A DNA stretch of 54,703 nt from Bacteroidales bacterium (GTDB lineage: Bacteria > Bacteroidota > Bacteroidia > Bacteroidales > WCHB1-69): NCBI GenBank assembly GCA_045598025.1, contig JAZLLH010000044.1:1-54703 (forward strand). Direction: 5' to 3'. The first letter of the stretch is position 1; each line of letters begins with the position of its first letter. Below, one piece after another: positions 34,910 to 45,340 of this stretch. The translations under genes and the position numbers were made by a program. The notes below the pieces were generated by a model. The model did no database searches. It had not been told where the DNA came from and was given only the letters and a program-made list of their open reading frames with translations.

Positions 34910-35902
34910 CTAACTGTTCAGCAATTGCCACAGGGCATCCTTTACCTCGGAAATGCCCATCTGTGCATGTGCGGACATGAACAGCAGGGGCACGTCGGCT
35001 TTGAGGCTTTTCCGGATTTTTTGCAGTTCATCGGGCGGAACCAGATCGCATTTGGAAACCACCAGCAGCCGCTGCTTGTCGAGCAACTCGGGATTATACT
35101 GCTTCAGCTCGTTGAGCAGAATGTGGTACTCCTTCAGTATATCCTCCGAATCGACCGGAACCAGAAACATCAGTACGGAATTGCGTTCAATATGGCGCAG
35201 AAAGCGCAACCCCAGTCCTTTGCCTTCGGAAGCTCCTTCAATAATTCCCGGAATATCGGCCACTACGAAGGAATATTTGTCGCGATAGGGAACCATGCCG
35301 AGGTTGGGTTTCAATGTCGTGAAAGGATAATTGGCAATTTTCGGCCGGGCATTGGAAACCACGGAAATAAACGTGGATTTTCCCGCATTCGGAAATCCGA
35401 CCAGACCTACGTCGGCCAAAACCTGAAGCTCCAGTATTTTCCAACCTTCCGAACCCATTTCACCGGGTTGGGCAAAGCGGGGCGTCTGCCGTACGGACGA
35501 TTTGAAATGGGTGTTTCCCAAACCGCCTCTTCCGCCGCGCATGTAGATAATTTCCTGCTTGTCTTCCAGAATTTCGGCTTCCTTTTCAAAGGTTTCCTCG
35601 TTCTTGACCACCGTGCCCAGGGGAACTTCCACAATGACATCCTTGCCGTTTTTGCCGAAGCACTGGTTGCGTCCGCCGGCTTCCCCGTCTTCGGCCACTA
35701 AGTGCTTGGTATATTTCAGGTGCAAAAGCGTCCACAGCTGGGCATTGCCGCGCAGAATGATGTGGCCGCCACGTCCGCCGTCGCCGCCATCGGGACCGCC
35801 CTTCGGTGTCTGGGCCGTACGGGCCAGGTGTGAAGAACCGTCGCCGCCGCGTCCGGAGTGAAACCATATTTTGACGTAGTCAATGAAATTTTCGTTTTCC
35901 AT
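34910..35902 (-). CDS. obgE: GTPase ObgE/CgtA
   Basis: [49 protein letters not shown] and SKCD. Confidence 0.97.
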   Translation of the reverse strand: MENENFIDYVKIWFHSGRGGDGSSHLARTAQTPKGGPDGGDGGRGGHIILRGNAQLWTLLHLKYTKHLVAEDGEAGGRNQCFGKNGKDVIVEVPLGTVVKNEETFEKEAEILEDKQEIIYMRGGRGGLGNTHFKSSVRQTPRFAQPGEMGSEGWKILELQVLADVGLVGFPNAGKSTFISVVSNARPKIANYPFTTLKPNLGMVPYRDKYSFVVADIPGIIEGASEGKGLGLRFLRHIERNSVLMFLVPVDSEDILKEYHILLNELKQYNPELLDKQRLLVVSKCDLVPPDELQKIRKSLKADVPLLFMSAHAQMGISEVKDALWQLLNS

Positions 35903-35907
35903 AATGC

Positions 35908-36729
35908 TTATGCGTTGGTAGGGGCATCCGGCTCTTTGGCCATCATATTGTAAACGACGTAGTTCAGCAGTTTTTTGCAGATGAATTTGGCAAAGTACAC
36001 CACAATGTCAGTAAAAGTTACCTGATACTGTGTCTGTTTTCGTATTCCTTTCAGGATACGTGCTGCTGTCATCTCGCTGGAAATCATTTTGCTCTCATTC
36101 CTTGGAGTGTTGCCTTGAGCAGAACCATCGGCCGTGAGGGCATGGTAGCGGATTTCAGAGGTGGTGAATCCGGGATAGGCAATCATGACGTGCAGGTCGT
36201 TTTTCAGATTTTCCAAGCGGATGGTTTCCAAAAAACCGGTTATGGCAAATTTGGAAGCGGAATAGCCCGTACGGTACGGCAGACCGTGTATACCCGCTGT
36301 CGAAGATACTCCGACCAGGCTTCCCTTAGAGGCCTGCAGATAGGGGAGAGCGTATTTGGTACAATTAACGGTGCCGAAAAAGTTGACATCCATGACTTTG
36401 TGTATGACCTGCAAATCCAGATCGTTGAAATTTGCACGCATGGAAATGCCTGCATTGCAAATCAGTATGTCTATACCGGACCATATCCGGACGGTTTCTT
36501 CTATCAGGTGGCGGCAATCTTCTTCCTTGGTTACATCGGTCACGCAATAGGCTGCATTTCCTCCTTTTTTCCGAATGTCCTCCACAATGCTTTTCAACTG
36601 GTCTTCCCTTCGGGCAGCCAGCATGACATTGGCACCGGCATCTGACAATTCCATGGCCAATGCCTTTCCTATACCGGAGGATGCTCCGGTAATGATGGCT
36701 GTTTTCTGTTTGAATGTATATCTCTTCAT
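35908..36729 (-). CDS. SDR family oxidoreductase
   Basis: [17 protein letters not shown] and YSASK. Confidence 0.93.
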   Translation of the reverse strand: MKRYTFKQKTAIITGASSGIGKALAMELSDAGANVMLAARREDQLKSIVEDIRKKGGNAAYCVTDVTKEEDCRHLIEETVRIWSGIDILICNAGISMRANFNDLDLQVIHKVMDVNFFGTVNCTKYALPYLQASKGSLVGVSSTAGIHGLPYRTGYSASKFAITGFLETIRLENLKNDLHVMIAYPGFTTSEIRYHALTADGSAQGNTPRNESKMISSEMTAARILKGIRKQTQYQVTFTDIVVYFAKFICKKLLNYVVYNMMAKEPDAPTNA

Positions 36730-36825
36730 TACGGTCTTTTCGAATAGAATAATACCTATCGGAAAATTACAACGAAGGTATTGTCAGAAATATTGTGTGT
36801 AAATGAAAGAATCTCATTTTTTTGT

Positions 36826-37203
36826 TCACCATTGTGGAATGAAGGCATTTTCAAAATGTTTGATTTCGGTATTCAAGGGACCGGAAAGGATGGAGATGAT
36901 ATCAAACCGGGCTTCTTTTCCCAACTGGTATTTCTGCATGAAGTAATTGGCGGCTGCAATCATGTGTTTTTGCTTGAGTGTATCAACAAAGCATTCCGGC
37001 TCTCCGTAGAGGTTGTTTTTTCTCCGTTTGACTTCGCAGAATACGATGAAAGGGCCGCTTTCTGCGATGATATCCACTTCCAGATGGTGAAACATCCAGT
37101 TGCGCGCCAGAATTTTGTAGTTTTTTTCTTCCAGAAAGCGAACGGCAATGTCTTCGCCTTCGAATCCGATGTTTCGGTGGGGAATAGGGTTGAGTATGTC
37201 CAT
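36826..37203 (-). CDS. YraN/UPF0102 family nuclease-like protein
   Basis: G..GE..A..FL...Y.IL.RNW....EVDII, VFCEVK.R and RFDII. Confidence 0.9.
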   Translation of the reverse strand: MDILNPIPHRNIGFEGEDIAVRFLEEKNYKILARNWMFHHLEVDIIAESGPFIVFCEVKRRKNNLYGEPECFVDTLKQKHMIAAANYFMQKYQLGKEARFDIISILSGPLNTEIKHFENAFIPQW

Positions 37204-37239
37204 AAGTGTATTTTTTTTTATGAGTGAATGGGGCGGATT

Positions 37240-38709
37240 TTATGGTTTCGCCTCCTGTTTTTCGGTTTTTGAGCGGGCATCTTCGGCTGCCAGTATTCCC
37301 ATGACTCCGAAAACCGGAGCAGCCAGTTTTTCGGTGTCCAGAAAATTGTTCATGAAACCGTGAGTAAAATAGCTGATCAGTGCCAGTACGCATACACAGC
37401 AGAGAAGCCTTCGGAAACTTTGTCCTTCGCTTCGGTGGTAGAGTTTCATGCCTGTTGCCAGGCAACAGGCTATCAGTATGCACAGTATCAGCGTACCCGG
37501 GATTCCTTCCTCGGAGAGCAGTCCGAGATATTCGCTGTGTGCGTTGCCACCGTCACCGGCATCGGTAGTGATGATGGTCCTGTATTTGGAGTATTGGAAT
37601 GGAGCATATTGGAACTGATAGGTTCCGGGACCCCATCCCAACAGGGGTTTCTGTTTGAACATGGCAATGGCGGAAGTCCAACGGTTGATGCGTTCCACAT
37701 TGGATGCATCCGAGGAAATATTGGTCATGGACTGCAGGTGCTCCACCAGATTCTTGGACGATTCGGTGTCGTTTTTGTTCAATTTGTACATGACATCATC
37801 GGCAAAGGTCAGTATCAGTGCGGCACCGATGATGGAAACGATGGCTACGGTCCGGAAGCGGATGCGCAGCCTCATCAGAACATATACCGCAATGGCGATG
37901 ACAAGGCTCAGCCAGGCTGCTCGGCTGTATGAAAGGTACAGTCCTGTCAGTACCAGAGCGAGCAGCACGGCGGAAAGCCTGCGTATGGATTTTTTTTCAC
38001 TTTTCATGCACAGGAATCCGGGCAGCAGACAGCTGAAAAAAGCCAGCACCGCTCCATAGGCAGTGTGGTCGTTGTAATACGGGCTCATCACCCAATAAGC
38101 CACTTTGCGTACATCTCCCAGATGCATATGCTTGACAGTGGTGATACAGACCACTATACCCAATCCCAGGGCATAGCACATCAGGAATTTGAGAGCGTTC
38201 CTTTCCTGACGGAAAACCAGTTCTGCCAAAAAGAAATAGCAGGGAAGGATGAACCATAATTTGCTGAGCAGGAATTTGAAGGATACCAGTGGCATGGTGC
38301 TGTTCAGAGCGGTAACAAACATCCATGCGAGGTATACGTACAGGCAGATGGAAATGGGGTGTCGGGCCAGAGCAGACGGATACCGTTTCTCCCGGATAAT
38401 GCGCCATACGAACAGCAGCATCAGCAGAATAAGCAGGGGTTCCGAAGGAACGGACATATTGAATGCCACCGAAGGAATTTTTTCGCTGACATTAATGGAA
38501 AAAGGTATCAGCAATGCCGTCAGGTATAGGGAGGCTTCGGTGCGGAAACAGACCAGATACAATCCGATAAACACGAATACGATGTAGGGGAACCACGTCA
38601 TTTCGAATCGTACGAACAGACCGCACAACGCGATGAAGGTGGCTATGATCAGGCAGAAGGCCGATGAGGCCTTGTGCGTTTTTATCCAATCTTTTATGCG
38701 GGTTCCCAT
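37240..38709 (-). CDS. O-antigen ligase/polymerase (Wzy_C/WaaL-like) family protein
   Basis: Polytopic, with SYSRAAW, SN.ERINRW..A..MF..KPLLGWGPG and NAHSEYL..L.E.G..G. Confidence 0.88.
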   Translation of the reverse strand: MGTRIKDWIKTHKASSAFCLIIATFIALCGLFVRFEMTWFPYIVFVFIGLYLVCFRTEASLYLTALLIPFSINVSEKIPSVAFNMSVPSEPLLILLMLLFVWRIIREKRYPSALARHPISICLYVYLAWMFVTALNSTMPLVSFKFLLSKLWFILPCYFFLAELVFRQERNALKFLMCYALGLGIVVCITTVKHMHLGDVRKVAYWVMSPYYNDHTAYGAVLAFFSCLLPGFLCMKSEKKSIRRLSAVLLALVLTGLYLSYSRAAWLSLVIAIAVYVLMRLRIRFRTVAIVSIIGAALILTFADDVMYKLNKNDTESSKNLVEHLQSMTNISSDASNVERINRWTSAIAMFKQKPLLGWGPGTYQFQYAPFQYSKYRTIITTDAGDGGNAHSEYLGLLSEEGIPGTLILCILIACCLATGMKLYHRSEGQSFRRLLCCVCVLALISYFTHGFMNNFLDTEKLAAPVFGVMGILAAEDARSKTEKQEAKP

Positions 38710-38716
38710 GTTGAGA

Positions 38717-39790
38717 TCAGGCGCGCGTGTCTTCTTCTGTTTCTTTTTCCGGTTCGTTTTTGAGTGCGGCCAGCAATTGCGAACCGATTTCAGTCAGGGA
38801 ATCCTTGCATACCAGCAGGAAAATGGCAAGTACCAGGGTGCAAAGGGTGGCTACCAGCGTGATGACCATCTTTTTGGGATAGCATTTTTTATCCGGAGCA
38901 ACCGCTCTTTCCACTACAAACTTCTGGGGTAAGGTGTAGGAGGCATCTACACGGGTGTTCTGATATTTCTGCTGATAGATTTCCTGTGCTTCTTTCAGGT
39001 AGAACAGACGGTCTCTGACAGAGACATAGAGAGGACCCCATTCTTCCAGTATGTTCAACTCTTTTTTGATGCGTTCGGCCCCGGCTGCATTCCCTTTGGC
39101 CACTTCCACGGCATACTGCTGGGTGAGCCGTTCGGACTGTGACTCGTAATCGTAGACTCCGTGACTCATGATGTGCGACAGAGAATCGGTCAGCTCCATG
39201 ATCAGTTCGTCGGTTTTTTTCATTTCGTCTTCCAAAATGTGGAAGGCTTCGATGGAACGTTGCTGGATGACCCTGCGTTTGAGGGTATCGTAATAATCGG
39301 CTATTTCGTTGGCCATATCCGCTGCCAATTGGGGATCAACATCTTCCACCGTGATTTCTACAGCCAGATTGTGCGTGCGGGAGAAACTGAGGTTCCCGGT
39401 GACGTACTTGTACAGTTTGGTCTTCCAGTATTTTGCATTGGTATCAATGTCATAGTGCCGAATCAGACCGAATTTTTCAATCAGATGGTCCTTGATTTCA
39501 CGGGATTGAAGCATCTGTATCATCTGTTCGATGTGAATGTCGTTTCCGAACTGGGTGACATCCAGGAATTCGTTATAGTTTCCTTCGGCCAGGATCAACT
39601 GGGATACCGCATTGCTGGATGTCGGAAAGACGATGACGGAAGCCTTGTATTTCGGTTTGATGAAATGAGGCGTGGAAAAAGTGAAGGAGACTACAGCGGC
39701 TGCTATCGCAACGATGAGCAGGGTTTTCCAGTTTCGGACCAGCAGAAGGATGGTATTCATGCCGGAGGTGTTGTTTTTTTTGTGTGTCAT
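38717..39790 (-). CDS. Wzz-type polysaccharide chain length determinant
   Basis: N-terminal TM helix followed by P.Y.A, a periplasmic coiled coil, DPQLAADMAN, and A..P.KK.YP before the C-terminal TM helix. Confidence 0.85.
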   Translation of the reverse strand: MTHKKNNTSGMNTILLLVRNWKTLLIVAIAAAVVSFTFSTPHFIKPKYKASVIVFPTSSNAVSQLILAEGNYNEFLDVTQFGNDIHIEQMIQMLQSREIKDHLIEKFGLIRHYDIDTNAKYWKTKLYKYVTGNLSFSRTHNLAVEITVEDVDPQLAADMANEIADYYDTLKRRVIQQRSIEAFHILEDEMKKTDELIMELTDSLSHIMSHGVYDYESQSERLTQQYAVEVAKGNAAGAERIKKELNILEEWGPLYVSVRDRLFYLKEAQEIYQQKYQNTRVDASYTLPQKFVVERAVAPDKKCYPKKMVITLVATLCTLVLAIFLLVCKDSLTEIGSQLLAALKNEPEKETEEDTRA

Positions 39791-39797
39791 AGTAGGC

Positions 39798-40529
39798 TTA
39801 GATAAAAGATCGTTGTAAGATGAAAAGTGCGGGTTGTTTGTGAAGATCGGGCCGGAGGGTCTTTTTCCATCGGCCGACAGTTAAAGTACGTATGTATTCG
39901 TTTTCCAGGGTGATGTTGGCGGCTACGCAGAGACAGGTTTCGTCCTGGCATGTTTCCAACAGCAATTCCCATAAAGCATTGTTCTTATAGGGTGTCTCAA
40001 TGAATATCTGAGCGCAGGCTTCGCGGGCCGATTCGCTCTCCATTTGTCTGATTTTGTGCAGCAACTCGCTTTTTTCCTTGGGAAGATAACCATGGAAATG
40101 GAAATGTTGCCCGCAGAGTCCGGATGCCATGAGTGCGGAAAATATGGAAGAAGCGCCCATCAGAGGGATGACACGGATTCCCGCCGTTTGGGCAGCCAAT
40201 ACCAGATTGGCTCCCGGATCGGCTACGCAGGGAAGACCTGCTTCGGACATCAGTCCGATGTTGTTTCCCTGACGTATGGGCTCCAGCAGTCGGGCGCTGT
40301 CCAAGTCCCTGGTATGTTCATTCAACTCTTCAAAATGGCAGTCGTCAATGGGAAATGCAGGGTCTGTCTTGCGCAGGAAACGTCTGGCGGAACGGATTTC
40401 CTCCACCACAAAATGGCGAAGGGATTGCAGAATATCCAGGTTGTATGCCGGAACACAACGTGCAATATCTTCTCCTCCCAAAAGGGTAGGGATGAGATAG
40501 AGGCATCCTTTTTTGGGTGTTTCGGCCAT
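39798..40529 (-). CDS. Tetrapyrrole-methylase-family SAM-dependent methyltransferase (RsmI-like)
   Basis: LYLIPT.LG, MSEAGLPCVADPG, G.SSI..ALMASG..GQ.F.FHGYLP and FIETPY.N. Confidence 0.88.
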   Translation of the reverse strand: MAETPKKGCLYLIPTLLGGEDIARCVPAYNLDILQSLRHFVVEEIRSARRFLRKTDPAFPIDDCHFEELNEHTRDLDSARLLEPIRQGNNIGLMSEAGLPCVADPGANLVLAAQTAGIRVIPLMGASSIFSALMASGLCGQHFHFHGYLPKEKSELLHKIRQMESESAREACAQIFIETPYKNNALWELLLETCQDETCLCVAANITLENEYIRTLTVGRWKKTLRPDLHKQPALFILQRSFI

Positions 40530-40536
40530 ATCTGTG

Positions 40537-41298
40537 TTATTTTTCCAGTTCGTCGCGTATCCAGTCGTATCCGTGTTCTTCCAGTTTCAGCGCCAGGGTT
40601 CTGTCTCCCGTTTTGACGATTTTTCCTTCATACAGTATATGGACAAAATCCGGTACGATGTAGTTGAGCAACCGTTGGTAGTGCGTGATGACCATCATTG
40701 CGTTGTCTTTGTTGTGCAGTTGGTTGACGCCATTGGCTACGATACGGAGTGCATCGATGTCTAAGCCGGAATCGGTCTCGTCCAGCAGGGCCAGTTCGGG
40801 TTCAAGCATGGCCATCTGGAAAATTTCGTTCTTTTTCTTTTCTCCTCCGGAAAAACCCTCGTTTACAGCGCGGTTTGACAGTTTGGCCGTCAGTTCGACC
40901 ACCTTTTTCTTTTCTTCCATGCGGGCCATGAATTCGGCCGTGGTCAGCGGTTCCTGACCGCGGTATTTGCGGATGTCGTTCAGGGCGGTGCGCATGAAAT
41001 TGCTCATGCTTACTCCCTGTATTTCAACCGGGTATTGGAACCCGAGGAAAATTCCTTCTCTGGCACGGTCTTCCACAGAGAGTTCGAGCAGATTTTTCCC
41101 TTTGTACAGAATTTCTCCCTGGGTTACTTTATAGACATCCCGACCGGCAATGACGGAAGCCAGGGTGCTTTTCCCGTTTCCGTTGGGACCCATCAGGGCG
41201 TGTTTTTCTCCTTTGTTGATGGTGAGGTTGACTCCTTTCAGGATTTCCTTTCCTTCAACAGATACATGTAAATCTTTGATTTCTAGCAATGAACTCAT
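40537..41298 (-). CDS. sufC: Fe-S cluster assembly ATPase SufC
   Basis: ILKGVNL, MGPNGNGKSTL, FQYPVEI.GV, R.VNEGFSGGEKK.NEI.Q, LDETDSGLDIDAL and ITHYQRLL. Start at ATG 41298. Confidence 0.95.
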   Translation of the reverse strand: MSSLLEIKDLHVSVEGKEILKGVNLTINKGEKHALMGPNGNGKSTLASVIAGRDVYKVTQGEILYKGKNLLELSVEDRAREGIFLGFQYPVEIQGVSMSNFMRTALNDIRKYRGQEPLTTAEFMARMEEKKKVVELTAKLSNRAVNEGFSGGEKKKNEIFQMAMLEPELALLDETDSGLDIDALRIVANGVNQLHNKDNAMMVITHYQRLLNYIVPDFVHILYEGKIVKTGDRTLALKLEEHGYDWIRDELEK

Positions 41299-41492
41299 TT
41301 TACATAAAACTAATGATACAAACTGCAAATTTCCATAAAATACAGATACGGAATGCAGGAAAGTCCATAAAAATTTCATCGGTATTCGTGTGGATTCCTG
41401 TTCGGGCCCATTTGCCGGAAAATTTTTCCCGTTTGCTTCTTTCCGTATTGATTTTTTTAGGACCTTTGCAACTGCTTTTAAAAACTGATCTT

Positions 41493-44400
41493 ATGCCGGA
41501 ATTCACCCATTTACATGTACATACGCAATATTCCATTTTGGACGGAATGTCAACCGTTCAGGGGCTCGTGGACAAATGCCTGCGTGTCGGAATGAACGCT
41601 TTGGCCATTACCGACCACGGTACAATGTATGGCATCAAGGAATTTTATGACTATGTCGACAAGAAGAACGGCAAGGTCAGGGATGAGATCAAGGAGATAG
41701 AGGCGGAATTGGCCGGTCTGAAGGCAACCGAAGCTCCGGGTGCAGAGGCCGTATCCCAATGTGAAGACCGTCTGGAAGCGGCTCGGAAAAAGATTTTCAA
41801 ACCCATATTCGGCTGCGAGGTCTATGTAGCCCGGCAGACGGCAACCAATCCAAAGGGAAGCCGTCTGGTGCATGAGCACAAAGAGAATGGCAGCGGCTAT
41901 CACCTGATTCTGCTGGCCAAGAATGAGACGGGTTATCACAACCTCTGCAAGATTGTTTCCTCGGCGTGGATAGACGGATACTATTCCCGTCCGCGCATCG
42001 ACAGGGAACTTCTGGAAAAATACCACGAGGGCCTGATTGTATCCTCTGCCTGTTTGGCCGGCGAAGTTCCCAAAGCCATCGCCAGCAATGATTTTGAAAA
42101 AGCCAAAGCCGCTATAATGTGGTACAAGCAGCTTTTCGGAGACGATTATTACCTTGAACTCCAGCGGCATCAGACAGACAAGCCCGGTGGCGACCGCGGC
42201 GTGTACGAACAGCAGCAGCCGGTCAACGAGGGCATACTGCGCCTGGCTGCCGAGACGGGAACCAAGGTGATTTGTACCAACGATGTGCATTTTGTGGAAG
42301 AAGAACACGGCGAAGCCCATGACCGTCTGATTTGCCTGAGCACAGGCAAAAAATGGAGCGATATCGACCGTATGCATTATACCAAGCAGGAGTGGCTGAA
42401 AAGCCCGGAAGAAATGGCTGCTATTTTTTCTGATGTTCCTGAAGCTTTGAGTAATACACAGGAAATTGTAAATAAGGTGGAATGTTTCAAATTGAAGCAT
42501 GATCCCATCATGCCTGTGTTTGACATTCCGAAGGAATTCGGAACGGTGGAGGATTACAAAACGCGTTTTTCGGAAGACGATCTGAAAGCCGAGTTTGAAT
42601 CCGACGAAGAAGGAAAGGGCCGTATCGCCAAATTAGGAGGCATTGACCGGGTATACCGCATCAAGCTGGAAGCCGACTATCTGCGCAAGCTGACGTTGGA
42701 CGGAGCCTGCAAACGTTATGGCGATCCGGTACCGGCCGACATCATGGAGCGCATTGATTTCGAGTTGAGCGTGATGCGCAACATGGGATTTCCCGGTTAC
42801 TTCCTGATAGTTCAGGATTTTATTGCCGCCGCCCGGAATATGGGTGTTTCGGTCGGTCCGGGGCGTGGTTCTGCCGCCGGTTCGGTAGTGGCATATTGTT
42901 TGAAAATTACGGATGTCGATCCGTTGAAATACGATTTGCTGTTTGAGCGTTTTCTGAATCCTGACCGTATATCTCTGCCCGATATTGATGTGGACTTCGA
43001 CGATGACGGGAGATACAAGGTACTGAATTGGATTACGGAAAAATACGGAAAAGAGCGCGTTGCCCATATCATCACCTACGGTACCATGGCGACCAAGTCC
43101 AGCATCAAGGATGTGGCGCGTGTGCAGGATCTGGACCTGAGCGAGTCCATCCGCCTGACTAAATTGATTCCGGCTAAATTTCCGGAAGACCCTCAGACGG
43201 GCAAGGCGCCAAAGGTCAATCTGAAAAACTGCCTTGAAAGGGTTCCGGAGTTGAAGGAGGCTTACGAAAAGACGGCGGAAGTTCGGGAAGTGCTGACATA
43301 TGCTTCCCAACTGGAGGGCACGGTGCGTCAGACGGGCGTGCATGCCTGCGGTGTGATTATCGGTGCGGACGATTTGACCAATTTTGCGCCCTTGTCCACG
43401 GTAAAAGACAAAGAAAGCGGTGAAGATGTGCTTGTTACGCAATATGAAGGTGCTGTCGTCGAAGATGTGGGACTGATCAAAATGGACTTTCTGGGGCTGC
43501 GTACCCTTTCCATTATCAAGGATACTTTGGACAACATCCAGAAATCCAAGGGAGAAACACTTGATATCAATGCCATACCTATTGATGACGAACTGACATA
43601 CAAACTTTTCTGTGATGGGGGTACGGTAGCTGTGTTTCAGTTTGAATCGGCCGGAATGCAGAAATATCTGCGGGAACTCCAACCCAGCAAATTTGAAGAC
43701 ATCATCGCAATGAATGCACTTTACCGTCCGGGGCCTATGGACTACATTCCCCAGTTTATCAGCCGGAAACAGGGCAGGGAACCCATTGAGTACGATATTT
43801 CCATCATGGAAAAGTACTTGAAGGAGACCTACGGTATCACGGTGTATCAGGAACAAGTGATGCTGCTGTCCCGTCTGTTGGCCAATTTTACCCGAGGTGA
43901 ATCCGATACTCTTCGGAAAGCCATGGGCAAAAAACAAAAGGACAAACTGGACAAGTTGAAGCCCAAATTCATTGAGCAGGGAAAAGTCAACGGGCATGAC
44001 GAAAAGGTTTTGGAAAAAATATGGGCAGACTGGGAAAAATTTGCTTCCTATGCCTTCAACAAGTCGCATGCCACCTGCTATTCCTGGGTGGCTTACCAGA
44101 CGGCTTACCTGAAAGCCCATTATCCGGCCGAATTCATGGCAGCCAACCTTACCCACAACCAGAGTGATACCGAAGAAGTGGCCAATTTGACGGCCGACTG
44201 CAAACGCATGAAAATTTCCATGCTCGGACCCGATATCAACGAGTCGGATCTGACCTTCACCGTCAACAAAAAAGGTGAAATCCGCTTCGGACTTGCCGCA
44301 CTGAAAGGATTGGGGGAATCGGCTGCCGATTCTATAGTGCATGAAAGAAACGAGAATGGTCCTTATACTTCTGTGCTGGACTTTTTGAAAAGAGTCAACC

Positions 44401-45302
44401 TGAGGACTTGCAACCGCAAATGCGTGGAAGTGCTCGGAAAAGCCGGCGTGTTCGATTCCCTGAACGATATGCAGCGGGAACTGTTTGCCGATGAGATTTT
44501 TCTGGACAAACTGACCCGCTATGCAGCCCGTTATCAGGAGCAGAAAAACTGCATACAGATTTCCCTTTTCAACGAGGATGTACAGAGTGTGGAAGATTGT
44601 GGCATCGATATTCCTGTGGCGGCGCCCTGGAGTCAAATGCAGCGGCTTTTGATTGAGCAGGAAATCTGCGGGTATTTCATTTCAGCCCACCCAATGGATT
44701 ATTATCGATTGGAAATCAATAGTTTTGCTACTACTTCCATAGGAAAGTTGAAAGATCTGGAAACTGAGCGGAAAGTCGGTCAGGTTCAATATCTTCCTGT
44801 CATGCTGATGAAGGTGGATATCAAGGTCAGTCAAAAAGGTACGAATTATGCCGAAATCACAGTCCGTGACTACGATAATGAGTGTTCCTTCAAACTCTAT
44901 TCGGATTCTTTCACCCGGAACCGCAATCTGCTGCAGGAAAATTTACTGGTAATGCTCAATATGCAGTTGGTGGCCTATAAGGACAAGAGGGATAATAAGG
45001 AATACGTTTCATGGAAAATCAGCGAAATCATTCCGTTGGAAAACATGATGGAAAACATGACCCGCCGGTTGGAAATGTATATTCCTCTCTCGTTTGTGCA
45101 AACTGCTTTTGTAGACAGTATCAATGATTTGTTCAAGCAGTGTGAAGGCGGAAAATCAGTGGATGTGAACATGTACATTCAAGACGAAATTTCTCAGATG
45201 AATGTCTGTCTGACGCGTGATTTCTCATTGGATTTGCACGATTTTTGTCATCGATGCGAGGAAATGTTCCCTGAAGTAAAAATGTTATTGAAGAGCAAGT
45301 AA
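41493..45302 (+). CDS. dnaE: DNA polymerase III alpha subunit
   Basis: PHP domain FTHLHVHTQYS.LDG, GPGRGSAAGS, FERFLNPDR.SLPDIDVD, G.HACG, K.DFLGLRTL and YAFNKSHA. Start at ATG 41493. Confidence 0.98.
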   Translation: MPEFTHLHVHTQYSILDGMSTVQGLVDKCLRVGMNALAITDHGTMYGIKEFYDYVDKKNGKVRDEIKEIEAELAGLKATEAPGAEAVSQCEDRLEAARKKIFKPIFGCEVYVARQTATNPKGSRLVHEHKENGSGYHLILLAKNETGYHNLCKIVSSAWIDGYYSRPRIDRELLEKYHEGLIVSSACLAGEVPKAIASNDFEKAKAAIMWYKQLFGDDYYLELQRHQTDKPGGDRGVYEQQQPVNEGILRLAAETGTKVICTNDVHFVEEEHGEAHDRLICLSTGKKWSDIDRMHYTKQEWLKSPEEMAAIFSDVPEALSNTQEIVNKVECFKLKHDPIMPVFDIPKEFGTVEDYKTRFSEDDLKAEFESDEEGKGRIAKLGGIDRVYRIKLEADYLRKLTLDGACKRYGDPVPADIMERIDFELSVMRNMGFPGYFLIVQDFIAAARNMGVSVGPGRGSAAGSVVAYCLKITDVDPLKYDLLFERFLNPDRISLPDIDVDFDDDGRYKVLNWITEKYGKERVAHIITYGTMATKSSIKDVARVQDLDLSESIRLTKLIPAKFPEDPQTGKAPKVNLKNCLERVPELKEAYEKTAEVREVLTYASQLEGTVRQTGVHACGVIIGADDLTNFAPLSTVKDKESGEDVLVTQYEGAVVEDVGLIKMDFLGLRTLSIIKDTLDNIQKSKGETLDINAIPIDDELTYKLFCDGGTVAVFQFESAGMQKYLRELQPSKFEDIIAMNALYRPGPMDYIPQFISRKQGREPIEYDISIMEKYLKETYGITVYQEQVMLLSRLLANFTRGESDTLRKAMGKKQKDKLDKLKPKFIEQGKVNGHDEKVLEKIWADWEKFASYAFNKSHATCYSWVAYQTAYLKAHYPAEFMAANLTHNQSDTEEVANLTADCKRMKISMLGPDINESDLTFTVNKKGEIRFGLAALKGLGESAADSIVHERNENGPYTSVLDFLKRVNLRTCNRKCVEVLGKAGVFDSLNDMQRELFADEIFLDKLTRYAARYQEQKNCIQISLFNEDVQSVEDCGIDIPVAAPWSQMQRLLIEQEICGYFISAHPMDYYRLEINSFATTSIGKLKDLETERKVGQVQYLPVMLMKVDIKVSQKGTNYAEITVRDYDNECSFKLYSDSFTRNRNLLQENLLVMLNMQLVAYKDKRDNKEYVSWKISEIIPLENMMENMTRRLEMYIPLSFVQTAFVDSINDLFKQCEGGKSVDVNMYIQDEISQMNVCLTRDFSLDLHDFCHRCEEMFPEVKMLLKSK

Positions 45303-45340
45303 CAGAACGATTTTAATATTATCAAAAAATATAGACAGCT

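Noticed and set aside
41289-41492. N-terminal ORF extensions in the track for dnaE, sufC, rnfC, the Mpv17-like gene, the cupin and the 32043 ORF
   Set aside because: The extensions run through promoter or intergenic DNA and precede the recognisable family N-termini, so downstream starts were used.
41650-42680. Insertions in DnaE (a coiled-coil-like insert in the PHP domain and the EFGTVEDY...KLGG segment) as possible inteins or novel domains
   Set aside because: There are no intein splice motifs (C/S start, HN end) or LAGLIDADG, and I recall similar inserts as ordinary features of Bacteroidales DnaE.
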